Below are positions 40,701 to 54,700 of a stretch of 64,000 nt of DNA, piece after piece. Below the pieces are notes generated by a model. That model was not told where the DNA came from. It did not search any database and worked only from the letters and a program-made list of their open reading frames with translations. The stretch covers positions 40,922,001 to 40,986,000 of the forward strand of contig OZ249436.1 of the NCBI GenBank assembly GCA_965235115.1. The letters are read 5' to 3'. The DNA is from Laetmonice hystrix (taxonomy: Eukaryota). Each line of letters opens with the position of its first letter. Within the stretch, counting starts at the first letter, position 1. The translations under genes and the position numbers were made by a program.

Positions 40701-42129
40701 AGAGTGAGGGGGTGGGTATGGACAGGTTTTAGATGATGACTGAGTGAATCTTCCGTCTGACTTCACCCACAGAGGAGGCACTCAGAGTGAGGGAGTGGGT
40801 ATGGACAGGTTTTAGATGATGACTGAGTGAATCTTCCGTCTGACTTCACCCACAGAGGAGGCACTCAGAGTGAGGGAGGGGGTATGGACAGGTTTTAGAT
40901 GATGACTGAGTGCCGCCTGACTTCACCCACAGAGGAGGCACTCAGAGTGAGGGGGTGGGTATGGACAGGTTTTAGATGATGACTGAGTGCCGCCAGACTT
41001 CACCCACAGAGGAGGCACTCAGAGTGAGGGAGTGGGTATGGACAGGTTTTAGATGATGACTCAGTGAATCTTCCGCCTGACTTCACCCACAGAGGAGGCA
41101 CTCAGAGTGAGGGAGTGGGTATGGACAGGTTTTAGATGATGACTGAGTGCCGCCAGACTTCACCCACAGAGGAGGCACTCAGAGTGAGGGAGGGGGTATG
41201 GACAGGTTTTAGATGATGACTGAGTGAATCTTCCGCCAGACTTCACCCACAGAGGAGGCACTCAGAGTGAGGGAGTGGGTATGGGCAGGTTTTAGATGAT
41301 GACTGAGTGAAAGTTCCTCCTGACTTCACCCACAGAGGAGGCACTCAGAGTGAGGGAGTGGGTATGGGCAGGTTTTAGATGATGACTGAGTGAATCTTCC
41401 GCCTGACTTCACCCACAGAGGAGGCACTCAGAGTGAGGGAGTGGGTATGGACAGGTTTTAGATGATGACTGAGTGAATCTTCCGCCTGACTTCACCCACA
41501 GAGGAGGCACTCAGAGTGAGGGAGTGGGTATGGACAGGTTTTAGATGATGACTGAGTGAATCTTCCGCCTGACTTCACCCACAGAGGAGGCACTCAGAGT
41601 GAGGGAGTGGGTATGGACAGGTTTTAGATGATGACTGAGTGAATCTTCCGCCTGACTTCACCCACAGAGGAGGCACTCAGAGTGAGGGAGTGGGTATGGA
41701 CAGGTTTTAGATGATGACTGAGTGCCGCCTGACTTCACCCACAGAGGAGGCACTCAGAGTGAGGGGGTGGGTATGGACAGGTTTTAGATGATGACTCAGT
41801 GAATCTTCCGCCTGACTTCACCCACAGAGGAGGCACTCAGAGTGAGGGAGGGGGTATGGACAGGTTTTAGATGATGACTGAGTGAATCTTCCGCCTGACT
41901 TCACCCACAGAGGAGGCACTCAGAGTGAGGGAGTGGGTATGGACAGGTTTTAGATGATGACTGAGTGAAAGTTCCTCCTGACTTCACCCACAGAGGAGGC
42001 ACTCAGAGTGAGGGGGTGGGTATGGACAGGTTTTAGATGATGACTGAGTGAATCTTCCGCCTGACTTCACCCACAGAGGAGGCACTCAGAGTGAGGGAGT
42101 GGGTATGGACAGGTTTTAGATGATGACTG
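37726..42129. repeat. 4.4-kb satellite, 83-bp unit with a 77-bp deletion variant, ~53 copies
   Basis: Unit actgagtgaatcttccgcctgacttcacccacagaggaggcactcagagtgagggagtgggtatggacaggttttagatgatg; highly homogeneous. Confidence 0.99.
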
Positions 42130-45100
42130 TAGGCCACGGATTTCATGTTAGATCGAGATTGGCGGCCGTGTATAGAATAACTCCAGGCCAGGGAGGCTGT
42201 AGATCCACGCTACCAACTCCACCCTCCCTCCCCCAGACGTTCTTCAACTTCTTGTGAATCTCTTGACTGGAGGCTAGCTACGTGTTTGCCATTCACATCA
42301 TCACATAGAGTAAGGTCGGGTGAAGTGGGACCCTCCCCTCCCATTAAGCCGGTTTTTTGGTATACATTTCGACCCGCTTCTTGGAGAGCTTTCTCTGTTA
42401 CCCCCTCTTTCCTTCTCAAATTCCTGGATCTGCTGGATTCTATGCAAACGTAAGAGACGGATCTTTATTTTTATTTTGATATGAAAAAAACTTCGTATGT
42501 TTTCTCTTCTCTTGTTAATGACCCTAGATTGTGCAAAAGTACGAAGTGGAAAATCTTATTCTCAGATTCTGGAAAACTACCCTCTTCCGCTGTACCAATG
42601 AAGGTTATTCGGCACACATTTAATCAACAATTTTGTATATTTAGCTCAGGCTCAATCCAAAGGTCAGGTATTTAGTGGCAAGGTCTGTGGTACTACCCTA
42701 GTGATCTGAGAGAAATTGTCAGCTGAAAGGTAGTAGGCCACGGATCTGTAAAATTGATTATCTCGCAGGTCTTGTCAAAAATAATATCTCATCACCAGGA
42801 GATGTTAGTGACTTACTTTATTAGCGAGGTGAGTTGTTAACCGACAGTCGTGACAATCATCAGGAGAAGTTAGTACCACAAGTACTATATAATGTATAAG
42901 GTCGCAGGCAGCAACCAAGTTGTATGTCCGTCGTTGTATTGATGGTGACTTCTAACCCCTGTATTATAACAGCGCAAACCTTGGCTTTGTACCTTGGCTT
43001 ATTGCTGCTGGATGCAGTCAGTTGGTTGTCACAAAGATAAATTTGAAGCTTTGATTATACGTAGATCTATAAGTGTGTGAAACATTCCTAAATCTATTTA
43101 AGCTTTGGGAATCGTACAGTCAGTATTCCGCCCATACTCAACGCAATTCTTTTCTCCGCATCTGACATTCTTTGATGTGACATCAGTTAACAACAACCTC
43201 CTCACAAAAGAAAAAAAAAATCAAAACGGAAAGAAAAAAATCAATAACACCAATATAAATAGTCCTAAAAATTTATATTCTGTGCTGGTATAATATATAT
43301 TGTTGAGGTAGGAAACGTCTGATATGGTCAAAGAGTTCACAGAAAGATTGTGTTTCTATAGTCTCCACACCTGGCACCGGAGGCGTACTGTGGTACGTAT
43401 AAATAGATGCACTTCAACCCTTATAACTCCACCCGTTTATACTTCAACTCCACTCGCACCTTATCGACGTGCATCGCCTGCCCTTTATTTTAACATGAAG
43501 GAAATGTAAGCCATGGAGGTGTACAGAAGATAAAAGTGTTTTCACTCAAATCTTCCAGAGAAAGCACTGAATGGGGTTGATGTTTAGAGTGTCTGTTGTG
43601 TTCACTTCAGCTTGATTGAGACTGCGAAATTAGTTCATCAAATGGGTGAAAGTAAAACGCGGGTGCATTTGTAACGTGTTACGTTACGAAGTTCTATTTA
43701 CTGGTATAAAAAGAGTTTTGCGGTTTGCAAGGATTGATTAATCAAAATTTTAATTTTTGTATTGAGGGTTAGTCATTTCGGTTTTTTTAGCTATCAAATT
43801 ATACGTTACATTCTTCGTAGTTTTAGGAACAAATTGATCACACGTGCTTTGAAATATCATGAATACATTTCGGAAGATAACATTTTCTATAAAACGGTCC
43901 ATTTCAATTTCACTTATGACTTCACCCATTGATGGTTAGATGAATTTAGAGAATATTTACTAGAGTGGAGTCTGATATCTGGTTACTAAAACAGCACCAA
44001 TATAATGGTATCAACAGTTGCGTACAGTCCCCATTAAAAACCCCGTAAACATTTATAGAATTACTGGAAATAACATTGAAGTTTGCCAAAGTGCTTACAA
44101 ATATAGCGGGTGGCGAGTAGTAATTTTCACTACTTTTTTAAGCCATTTTCGTAGATGGAGGGAGTCAACTTTTTGGCAAATTTAGGTTAATCCCACTGCA
44201 GTATCGATTAGTTTGAGTCATGATTACCCATTCTATGAAATATTTGTTGGCGAACAGCAGAAGCTAGTCCAGACATTTTACTCCAGTCAGTGTGCACCAT
44301 AATCAGACATGTATAACTACACGGCATGTAGGGCGGGCTAAACGCTGGTCCGGACGGAACGTGGATACTCAAAAGGTCGAAGTAAGAAAAACTATCTCAT
44401 TCAGCATGAATGAATGACCACGTTACTTGAATTGTTAACCATGGGAAACCTGCTTCAATGTTGGTCCTTAACATAGGCAATGTTCCACTTTAAATGAGTA
44501 CACTTTACAAAACACACCAGCAATGATAATATATTGAATCTGATAAAGATACGCTGTTCTATGATCAGGGAGAGGAGGACGTCAGGATGGATTTACTAAA
44601 GGGATCAAAAGGTTATGGCCCCATCCTCCTGATCACCCCACCCCAGACCACAGATATAAACCCTGGTAATCCATCTCCCCTACATCACCCTTACCCCCTA
44701 CCCCGAGGGGTGGGGTACTTCTCTCGGACAACAGGTGTGACATTGTCTCAGTGACCCTAATACCATGTGGGTCTTAACCCCGTCCATAATATAACCTCTA
44801 CCTTTGACCTTGCCTCATTGCACGTACCCCATCTGTTACTCATAATGACCTCATTATAAGGATGTCTTTCGGCTATCATTATCAGAGCATGCCTGATTTG
44901 AGGCATTGCTAGACCTATAAAGGTAACCCAAAGGTTATTATGGTGCTTGACACGATTTGTCCTGACCCTTAGAACAAATATACGGCTGTTTGCGATAACT
45001 AGGAGCTGTCATTAACACAATACAATTATTGATATTGACTTGCAACAGGTAGTTTGGCTTAATTCCTCTTTGTGCGTTTTGTGGACGCTTGTTAACAAAT

Positions 45101-45388
45101 ATCAGAAGTTGTCGGGTACATATTTGGTTTTGTCTGCCGAATGGGGCCAGACATGCTTTTACAACGCATTCAGTCATGGACGAAGTTTACGCGGTCTCCC
45201 TCAGAAGTGGATAAAACAGATGATTTACGCATTTTAGTCTGAAAATTTATATTTGGTCTTGAATCACAGAGCATGGAGGTATGTGGTTAAGTGTGGGGGA
45301 ACATAGCAATATCTACTTCCAGGTCAATAATCTACAACGAGTAGTTTACGCATTGTCTGGGCCTAGGGTGTACAGTGTGGTAGTCCTG

Positions 45389-45978
45389 CATCATGATAGA
45401 GATAGTTAGAGATATCGTTTGATACATCGTTCAGGAGATGTTGACATGGTCTTGACGGTGAACATCATGATAGAGATAGAGATATCGTTTTGATATATCG
45501 TTCAGGAAATGTTCACATGGTCCTGACGTTGAACATCATGATAGAGATAGTTAGAGATATCGTTTGATGTATCGTTCAGGAGATGTTCACATGGTCTTGA
45601 CGTTGAACATCATGATAGAGATAGTTAGAGATATCGTTTGATATATCGTTCAGGAGATGTTCACATGGTCTTGACGTTGAACATCATGATAGAGATAGTT
45701 AGAGATATCGTTTGATGTATCGTTCAGGAGATGTTCACATGGTCTTGACGTTGAACATCATGATAGAGATAGTTAGAGATATCGTTTGATATATCGGTCA
45801 GGAGATGTTCACATGGTCTTGACGTTGAACATCATGATAGAGATAGTTAGAGATATCGTTTGATGTATCGTTCAGGAGATGTTCACATGGTCTTGACGTT
45901 GAACATCATGATAGAGATAGTTAGAGATATCGTTTGATGTATCGTTCAGGAGATGTTCACATGGTCTTGACGTTGAAC
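45389..45978. repeat. Tandem repeat, 74-bp unit, 8 copies
   Basis: Unit catcatgatagagatagttagagatatcgtttgatrtatcgttcaggagatgttcacatggtcttgacgttgaa. Confidence 0.97.
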
Positions 45979-48439
45979 ACTCTGATCCGGCACAGGTCGA
46001 GATGAAGTCCTTGTAATATTGCACCATGAAAATATTGCCACATTATGGGTTTATTTTGTCCCTGAATCCATCAATGATCTCATGATGCTCGACGTTTGTC
46101 CCACCCTGTACATTCACAAAGACCTTTTGTAGTTTACCTGATTGGAAGCAGAACGATCGCTCGATTTCTACAAGATCCTTATTGACCGGGTGCAAGGTCA
46201 CTAACCCAAATCTCGTCTTGGCTCTAACGTGCCAAAGGTTACAATCGAGAACCCCAGATAGCTCACTTCGTTCAGATACAGTGAACGGACTGTTCATCTG
46301 ATGCCAACTAAATGTGAGTCCCCTTGACGCCAGATACCAAAGGATCGCTAAGGTATAGTGTAACCGTCCATAGGCACAGAGAATACCAGATGTGAGGTTA
46401 GGGTTTTTTTTAACGCGCATCCTTTTCATTGGGCAGATCTCAGGTGTCCTGTGTTAGGAAATGTTCTTGACCTAAGGAGGAGCCTCGGATGCTGTTACTC
46501 TGGTAGCTGCCCCAAGTCCGACCCCAGGTGTCTGCCGTCAGTTGGTGGGTGCTGGGATGGGAGACGCCGTGGAGCGGGATGGGGTGGGGGTGGGTGGTGC
46601 CAAGCCCTCGGAGGTCCTGTCAATGATCTCATTGATAGAGCACATTGATAGAACATTGCTGTCCACAAACTGGAGAAATCTTCCGACCCATAACAGAATC
46701 CTAAGGTACAAAATTATTACCCGCCCATATATTGTATAAACCTTTGAAATCATACAGCATTGGTGGCTTTTGAGTATTGTTGGCCGTAGCTACTGTCAGA
46801 AAAATAATGTATTTAAGGGATGAGTATCCATATTTTACATATAGTGTCTGTGGTCCATGCACCAGTAAGGCATAGGTTTTTATGTATGGAAACTTTCAGG
46901 TATCGCAGTCCCTTTTTCTTCGACTTTCCGAAGAAAACCAAGTTAAAATCGCTGTGAGAGTGTCTGAACAACACTGAGTGGTATGACTGTACTGCATGGT
47001 ATGTGGACAGTGATGATGTCATCATCCTATACTATTGGTATACCATTGAGGTGGAATATACGTCATCGATAATAATAGAAACTGTTAGCTTCTTTCTGAA
47101 CCGTGAAAAAGTTTTTGTACAAACATTGCTCAGCCGGTAAACACACATGCATACCAATAGTATCTATTATTCATTGAATATCAAGACGAAGTGCTGAATG
47201 CTGTGGATTATAACTAAAAAAATATGTACCGTTAGATTGTAAACTTGTCACACTCAAGATGGGCAATTTTTACTGCACTTACTGCACTTCTCACATATCA
47301 AGTGTTACGTTTTACTTACCTCTGAATCATTGACATATTATATTTTCTTCATAAAAGAACCTTGAATAAAGAGACGTCTCTTAAATATGCTGTCTATGCT
47401 CTCCTAAACGTCAGAACATTTTTATGTAAACACCACCCAGATTTTACAGTCGGGTTCTCGTGTGGAGACTAGAATGTCTGCAGTAATTGTTCAGTCGCAG
47501 CATGTCCTCAGTATCTAGACCATGACATAGAAGGCAGCAGAACAATGACTGGATTGACATTTTGTTTAGTTCAGTCATTTTGTGTGGTCTAATTATATGT
47601 AATACTCATATGTCATACTTTAGCACTTATCTCTGGCACCTCAAACGTCACTGTCTTTAAGGCCAGCGACAGAGAACCAGAGAATGTGCCAAGTCGAGAT
47701 GAAGGACGGAGATTGTTAGCATTGTGTCGGATCTTTGTCATTGTTCAGGTCTCACGAGTCAAAACTAAGGTTTGTCGGTTTGTTAGGGTCCCTAGGTCCG
47801 GGAGGGGAGGCGAGTATATCGGCGAGTCCAAGGGTGTGTAGTGACGCGGGAGATGTGCACGATGATTATACGGTCCACTGCACATAACCCGTCAAGTGTA
47901 GAGCCAGGTATAGTGAGGGTCTTGGGAACCCCACCATCACCCCCACCCCACCCCCACCCACACCCCCAGATACCAGTAAGTGTCACCAATCGGAGACGTC
48001 TATACATGCTGGTACCTGTATGATAGTCGACTTTTGTGCGACTTATTGTACTGTGCATATATGATGGCACTTACTATCACTTGGGATTCGTTTGAATATT
48101 TTTAGCCCGAGTCAACCTTTGGACCAAAAATTGGATCAAGTTCAAACTGTGAATGGCGACTCAGCTTTTTAATGCTGATAGTTCGAAAATGGATGTGTTT
48201 GAGGTATTGGTCAGGCCCCTAAGTACAATTATGAAAAAACGCAGTAATCAAAAGGTCCATTTGTCTTTATGTAAATGAACTGTGTATTGCCTTGTTTTCA
48301 ACTTTTCTTTTTTCTTATTTTTTTTTTACTTTTATAAGTTTATATTTGTCAAACAAAGATAGAGGGTTCTGAGAAGACCACCTGTTGACTGTACAAGGCC
48401 CGGAGCCCATTGTAAATGCCGTAATGATAACGTTTTGTG

Positions 48440-48677
48440 TTGGTGTGATTCCAGATGGCACGACGAGTATTACGGGACGGGTGCTAACCCCACCCGCCCG
48501 CCGGCCGACCTGCCACAGCCCGCCACCACCTCCAGCCTGCGGACACCGACCGTAACCCGCTCCCAGCGGACGGACGGACCGACCGACGGCCCTCGACGTC
48601 CGAGGCGCCACCTAGGTTACCTTTAACTCACCGTGAGCGGCTTGCAGGCAATCCGCCCACACCTCCCTTCCAGCAGC
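48440..48677 (+). promoter_or_regulatory. GC/CpG-rich promoter or 5' UTR region of the cadherin gene
   Basis: Local CpG enrichment with CCGCCC GC boxes, lying between an AT-rich tract and the ATG. cctcccttccag just before the ATG could instead be an acceptor for an upstream non-coding exon. Confidence 0.45.
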
Positions 48678-48732
48678 ATGTATACCAGAAGCCTTGTTTT
48701 ACTATTCACCACAGTGTGCCTTTTCCAGCAAG
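48678..48732 (+). CDS. Cadherin coding exon 1 (signal peptide MYTRSLVLLFTTVCLFQQ)
   Basis: ATG in cagcATG context, hydrophobic core, donor AG|gtaatg. Phase 1 joins exon 2 in frame. Preceded by a GC-rich stretch. Confidence 0.72.
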
Positions 48733-51700
48733 GTAATGTATGGTTTTACCTTTTTCTGGTGGCAATCCCACAGTTCACTGCTGAGCTTTGATTCTATGTG
48801 GGTGTGTGCGTGCGTGGGTGTGGATATTTTGCATTAATCCTTACAATAGTGTCGTAAATTTTGACAGATACGTAAAACACGCATATCTGTCAAGTGTCTC
48901 ATGTCTTACAAACATACGCGAAATCTTTCATCAGCACATAACTGCCAATGGCATCCTACACCGTTCAGTTTATCCTGATTCAGGTGTAGTTTAAATCCTG
49001 AGAACTGTATTAATTGCAGCACATTGGCAGGAAACGGAAAGGATCTAGAGCTACTATCTGTTACTAGACCCTATCAATCAAATCCTAAGATAAACAAAAG
49101 ACGTTATGAGAGTTTGAGAACGTTCCTCTGAAGATTACGTTTAATAACACCTATTTAGTGATGCATTGATTATTCATAACGCGCTTTAGAAAACTCCCAC
49201 TTCTTTTATGATGATTTATAAGAGCAGGAGATTTTAAAACAAACAATCCTTCAGACCAGTCGATAACAGGTCATGAGAAAATTTCATCGAACATTCTGTC
49301 GTAGGTTTATGGTGACAAAGCAGAGATCGATGAACACTACTGTGAAGCTATTTACTTCATGTAAAGTTCACTTGGACAGGCGATGTGGAATAGATTGCCC
49401 TTCGCCTAAATTCAATCAACCATCAACCTGCCGCGATGGTGTTTCAGTGTTCCACTTACCTGGAGTAAAAGTTCCCGGAATAACGGGCCCAGGTTGTTAA
49501 CAAAACGTCTGCCGATATATAGAGTCACGTAACAGTGGGACGCTGTGACGTCACGCAGTCACGATGACAGAGAATGGAAATGTGACGTCACACATTCACG
49601 CTGACAGAGAATGGAAATGTGTGCTTGAAATGAAAATATGTTGTTTAACCAGAGGAATGCGTCTAGGACCTATATTGATTTGGAATTGATTTGCTGGTTT
49701 TTGTAAAGTCATGCATGAAAGGTTGACTGCATACCTGGGTGTGTCTAATCGGGCTGGTAGACCTGCAGAGTGCATGGGTACTGATATCAAATTGTATATT
49801 GAATATTTTGGGACTGGATTACGTGCCAGTAGAATGCTGATAATATTATACCAGATCGGTAAATAAGTAATTTTGTTTTTCGGCGACAAAGTAGAGTTAC
49901 CCTTTAATGATTTTCTGATAATGCGTTATGATTTTATGGATGTGGTAACCGGTGTGATTAGCAAGGCCCTGGCCCTGGTTTTTAGTTTGCAAACAGAGTC
50001 TTAAGATTCAAATCTGATCTATTGTTTCAGAGCTTCTGATTGGTCCATCAAACAAGAGTTCAGTCTTAAGATTTGTATCTTAAGACTCAGTTTGCAGTAT
50101 GAAGTATGACGAGTAGAGATATTTGTAGAGATGTAGGCCTATACTTTTTATCTTTGATATCACACATGATTACCGTTACATCTGACGCCACATTAAATCC
50201 GTCATACATTAGACCAATATTCCCTCCATCTGAGGAACATTAGAGGGTCCAGCTTACAGCTGGTGGAGATTTGCTTTACCCACCGCCAGAGGCCGCCCTA
50301 ATCTATCTGTATCCGTTTAGTGATGTGGTTGGATCAGGGAATCCTAAAGATCATCCTGGTCTTATCTTTAATCATTCTCACCAACCAGCAACCAGCAGAG
50401 AGATCAATCAATGAGTTCACTGCTAACGTAGTCCACGCAGACTTTGTGGGCATTCTGTTAGATTTAGCGACGAAGTGTTCTGCAGCCAGGAAACGCCTGG
50501 AAATAATTGTGATTAACCGATTCTGGCGAGAAAAGGATGACTATAGTCCATAGAGTAAAAGTCAATGGTTGTAACTTGTCGGTCACCAACTTCAGTCACA
50601 TTACTACAAGCGCTACTGTGTTAGACTCGCTATCCCCTACAGGGCAATGAATTGAGACCTTAGGAAGATCTTGACTTCGATTCTCAGCCCAATGAACATT
50701 GACCATATAATTATAACACCGTGTAAATCATACAGCTCTTGCTATAGTTTGTATTGAGCTGTTGCTTGACTTCTGTTTCCACGTGTTCAAGAAGAGATTT
50801 ATACCTTGAATACGGCGTAGTGGTGTAAATTATGCCACATGTATGATATGTAGAGATTTCATAATAATAATATAACAGTTTATTTTGAGCGTTGAGATTT
50901 GTATTCCTATGGATTATTTGTATTGAGTGTAGACTGACGGGGCGAGGCAGAGTGAAATCAGGCTGATGTGATGAGGACAAAATTCCTATTTTTTTGAGAT
51001 ATTTAAAAAGGAGCACTTTATCATGTCGATGGAGATGGTTAACGTGAAGCCGCAGTGTACACACAGGTCGGCGGCAGAGAACCCTCGGGGCGGGGAGCCG
51101 GAGCGGATTCGATCCTTCAAGTCCAGGCTGTATCATCTTGAATAACTTCAAACACTTTACCTGACCAATCTGTGATCCCCACACCCACACCCTCTAACCA
51201 TTCTCTGATGATCAGAGAAACAGATTAATGAGAAGAGTATGTTGTACAACATTTACAGAATATGCCTGCAGCCTTTGACATCGGTAGCCTCTCACCTGGA
51301 CAATAGCGTTCCCATCCTTCCTATGCTGACTCCTTAATGAGGTATATGTACTCGGGTCGATATACTTGTTTCATGTCAAAAATAACCCAGCGTGGTGACA
51401 CCTTGAAGAGAATCTATAAATGCTACAGGTGTGTGTCTACGTGGTGTCCAAGTAGAACATCTACAAACGTTAATCCTAACTTAAATTTTACTCATTTCAA
51501 AGAATTCATAGTACTAAATGAGAAAAAAAGGTTCTTTATGGCAAATGTATGCCGTACCTGGCGAAGTATTGGGTGCAAAGTCGACCTACTTTGCGAAGTT
51601 TCTTCTTCTTCTTTTTCTTCTTTGTTATAAACCATTGGGGTATGAACGACTCTATGCCCAGGTTTCCAATTGCTATGCTAGGTTTCCAATTATGTTAAGA

Positions 51701-54700
51701 CTTACGAGGTGGTGAGGTGAAGTTACAAGGCAGTAAGATGGGAACGAGTAAATAGTAGTATAAGAAATTGGTGGTTTTTCTCAGGTATCAGGTACATTGA
51801 TGTATGGGTAATGTGATGATCGCATGTCAATGAGGATAATCTGAGGATTATGAATGGAGCTGGGCAGGTTGGATTAGTACAGCCCCACCTCTAAGGTAGA
51901 CGATGCATGTCAACGCCAGTATATATTATGTAGGCCTATAACGTAAATGAAAAGTAGAGAAAGCTGGTTTTGTGGAATGCTGCTAGCTTTTGGATACAGA
52001 GATTTGGCATACCATATTGATCATGAGGGCCAGTGGCTAAACACGTTGTACTACAGTACATGTCTGATGTTACTTCACAATGCCAAGATTGTTCACTGGA
52101 CGAATTGAAGCACATTAATTATTTAGAGTGTTTGTTGTTGGGGCAATGGTAGACATGAAAAGAACAAGCCGGGATCACATGACTTGGAGGCATTTCTCAA
52201 GGTTTGTTTCCTTGTGTTGTCTTGCCTCAAGATTTTTATGTTCCTCAGACCACGTTTCCAGTAGCCTGTCCGCCTACCTGTCTGTGCGTTCTTGTGTATC
52301 ACGGTCCTGTCAATACACAAGCCCGTCACCGGTGTGTACACTGTGTGTTAGCATTAGCCGACGACTATGTACGTCAAAGTGCAAACGTTTGAATTTAACC
52401 AAAATAACAGCTGAATATTGGGTGGTTTTGTATCCGTCTATCGGGGATAAAGTATGGGTTGTGAGCCTGTCAGGTATACTCAAAGCGGCTGGCTGGGACA
52501 ACTGATGCCACTCGTCTCGTAACTTCAGTCACACCCTGTGCTGTAACTACCGGTAGCTCCACCTTTTCCCCCAACGCCCTGTTTTTTTCTGTCTTTGCAT
52601 GCCCTCCTTCCACTTTTATGAAAATATCATAAACTTCACTCTGTGGATGACAGGCCACACCCAGCCAGGTAGGTGTACATCTTAATCCCACCACTGTTAC
52701 CATGGCATTCATGCTGGTTGCCATGGTAACAGTAAAAGAAATAACAGCTTGTGCATTACGTCATGTCAGCATGATAGCCTACCATTAGCCATCACGATGT
52801 ATCAAAATAAACGTTCTCTATGCGAGGACAGCCAGATTGACGTGGGGTTCGTCTGTGTACAATCAACCTCGTATTGTGATGGTCGTGGTGACTAGGGGAG
52901 GCAGATATAATGTGACCATACTAACATTATACTCTAGACGAATGTGCATGCAGCTAACAAGCATGGTGAGTCGAATACTCTAGCTGCATTCAGACTAGAT
53001 GTATGCTCTTGTGCGACATTTTTCATCCTAAAAGAAATTGGACTCATTCCTCGAAGGATTCACGACTCTCATGTATGCGATAAGGACCCATGACAGTTGC
53101 GAGGATTTTGTAATGATGGATTTGCTGAAATGTTGCAAACTTTATTATAATTCCTCAGTGTTGTGTACTGCTCCGTACACAGTAGTAGTGGTGTGATATT
53201 TTACGAGGATATTAAGTAGGAGCATGCGGTATAGGTTTGTTCCGAAGTAAGGACGCATGGATAGCGTAGAGTATACAGGCAGCCCCCCCCCCCCTGCCAT
53301 GCTCCTGAAGTAGGCTATAGGTGAATTTGATGAAAAGTGGGGGACTCTCCATGAACAGGTCTTGTGGAAATGTTGTCTGGTTCGTGCCTTCTCTCATTAT
53401 TACATGACTATCTGGTCTAATGGAACTTAGAGTCTATAGGTTTAGAGCACGATTTGAGATGATATTGTGGAAAGTGGAAACTGGTGGAAAATGCTATTTC
53501 TGTGCGAATCAAAAAAATGAATTGGTAAGATTCTGGGTCATATCTGTAATTGTAAGGAGACATCTATTTTGGTAAAGCTGCATGCACTACTAACATAGGC
53601 CTATCCCCTCCAGTATGGGCCCGTTTATGATGGAATTAGAAAAAAATATAAAGAGTCTGTCATATTGTATCATGATATCTACCAAAACGTGTTGTGGGGA
53701 CATTTTATTAAAAGGTTTAATTTGCCAGAGAAGTTTATGAAAAACACTTATGAAAAGAAAAGGATGCATCGACCATTCATTGATATTTTACGATAATAAA
53801 TCCTCACGGGAGGGTATTTCACAGTCAGCGTATCATGTCACTCACTGCTAGCTGAAAACACGATAGCAGCCTCCTCCCCATCAGATAGGTGAATCACAGA
53901 TTAACGGGTTTTTTCAATTTCTCTAACAGCGTTTATATCGCCCTTTTCGACAGGGCATTCTGTGAATCAACCATAACCAGATCAAATAGGACTACTGAGA
54001 GGTTCACTGGTTCAAAATCACTTCTAGAGGTTGCTTCCCCTCCCTTGCACCAGCTGTCTTGGAATTCCGCGGTGGGAACAACTTAGTTCTAGAAATAGTT
54101 ATTGATTATGTCCATTTATATTTTACAGTTATGAGCAATCAGCCGCCACGACTCATCGGCTTTGGCAGCGCCCTCTTTGTGTCAGAAGACACACCAGTCG
54201 GTAAGTGGTAACACCGTGTACTTATGATGATAAAAGGGCATCCTCAGTTTTGGTTACTTAGACATGTAGGTTTTCGGGTGCGTTCCTCAAAACACCGATA
54301 TTTAAGTGGAAGAACAAGGCCTGCATCATTTTATTCCTGGAAAAACTTCAATTCGAGTTTATTGATATTTGTGCCAGTTTGACGGTATGTGAATATTGAA
54401 GGTTGTACTGTTTCAGGCACTGTGCTGGGAGAACTAGAGGCCCAGGACCGGGATGACGTACGGTTAGACTTCCTCGTCCGAGGGGAAATCGCCAACTCCA
54501 TCATCTATCTGGACCGGGTCGGAGACAAAAAAATGGAGATTAAACTCAAGGAGCAGCTTGACCGCGAGGTGAGGTGGAGGTCACAGGTCAGGTCACGGGA
54601 GGTGACGGCTGCCTACTGTGTGCCTACTCTGTGACAATCATCATGCCAACGTTAAGTTACAGGACTGTAGACTCATGTACAACACTTTCCATACCTCTGA

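Noticed and set aside
37726..42129. Satellite-encoded hammerhead ribozyme
   Set aside because: No CUGANGA...GAAA core on either strand of the unit.
17454..45978. Tandem arrays as CRISPR arrays
   Set aside because: Units are contiguous with no unique spacers, there are no cas genes, and the context is an intron-containing eukaryotic genome.
354..48000. Remaining short ORFs in the ORF track
   Set aside because: No recognisable domains, no coherent exon chains and no transposase or RT motifs that I could identify. An unrecognised gene with small exons cannot be excluded without RNA-seq.
50320..50553. Signal-peptide-like ORF in intron 1 as an alternative first exon
   Set aside because: No suitable phase-1 donor after the hydrophobic stretch, and no recognisable domain.
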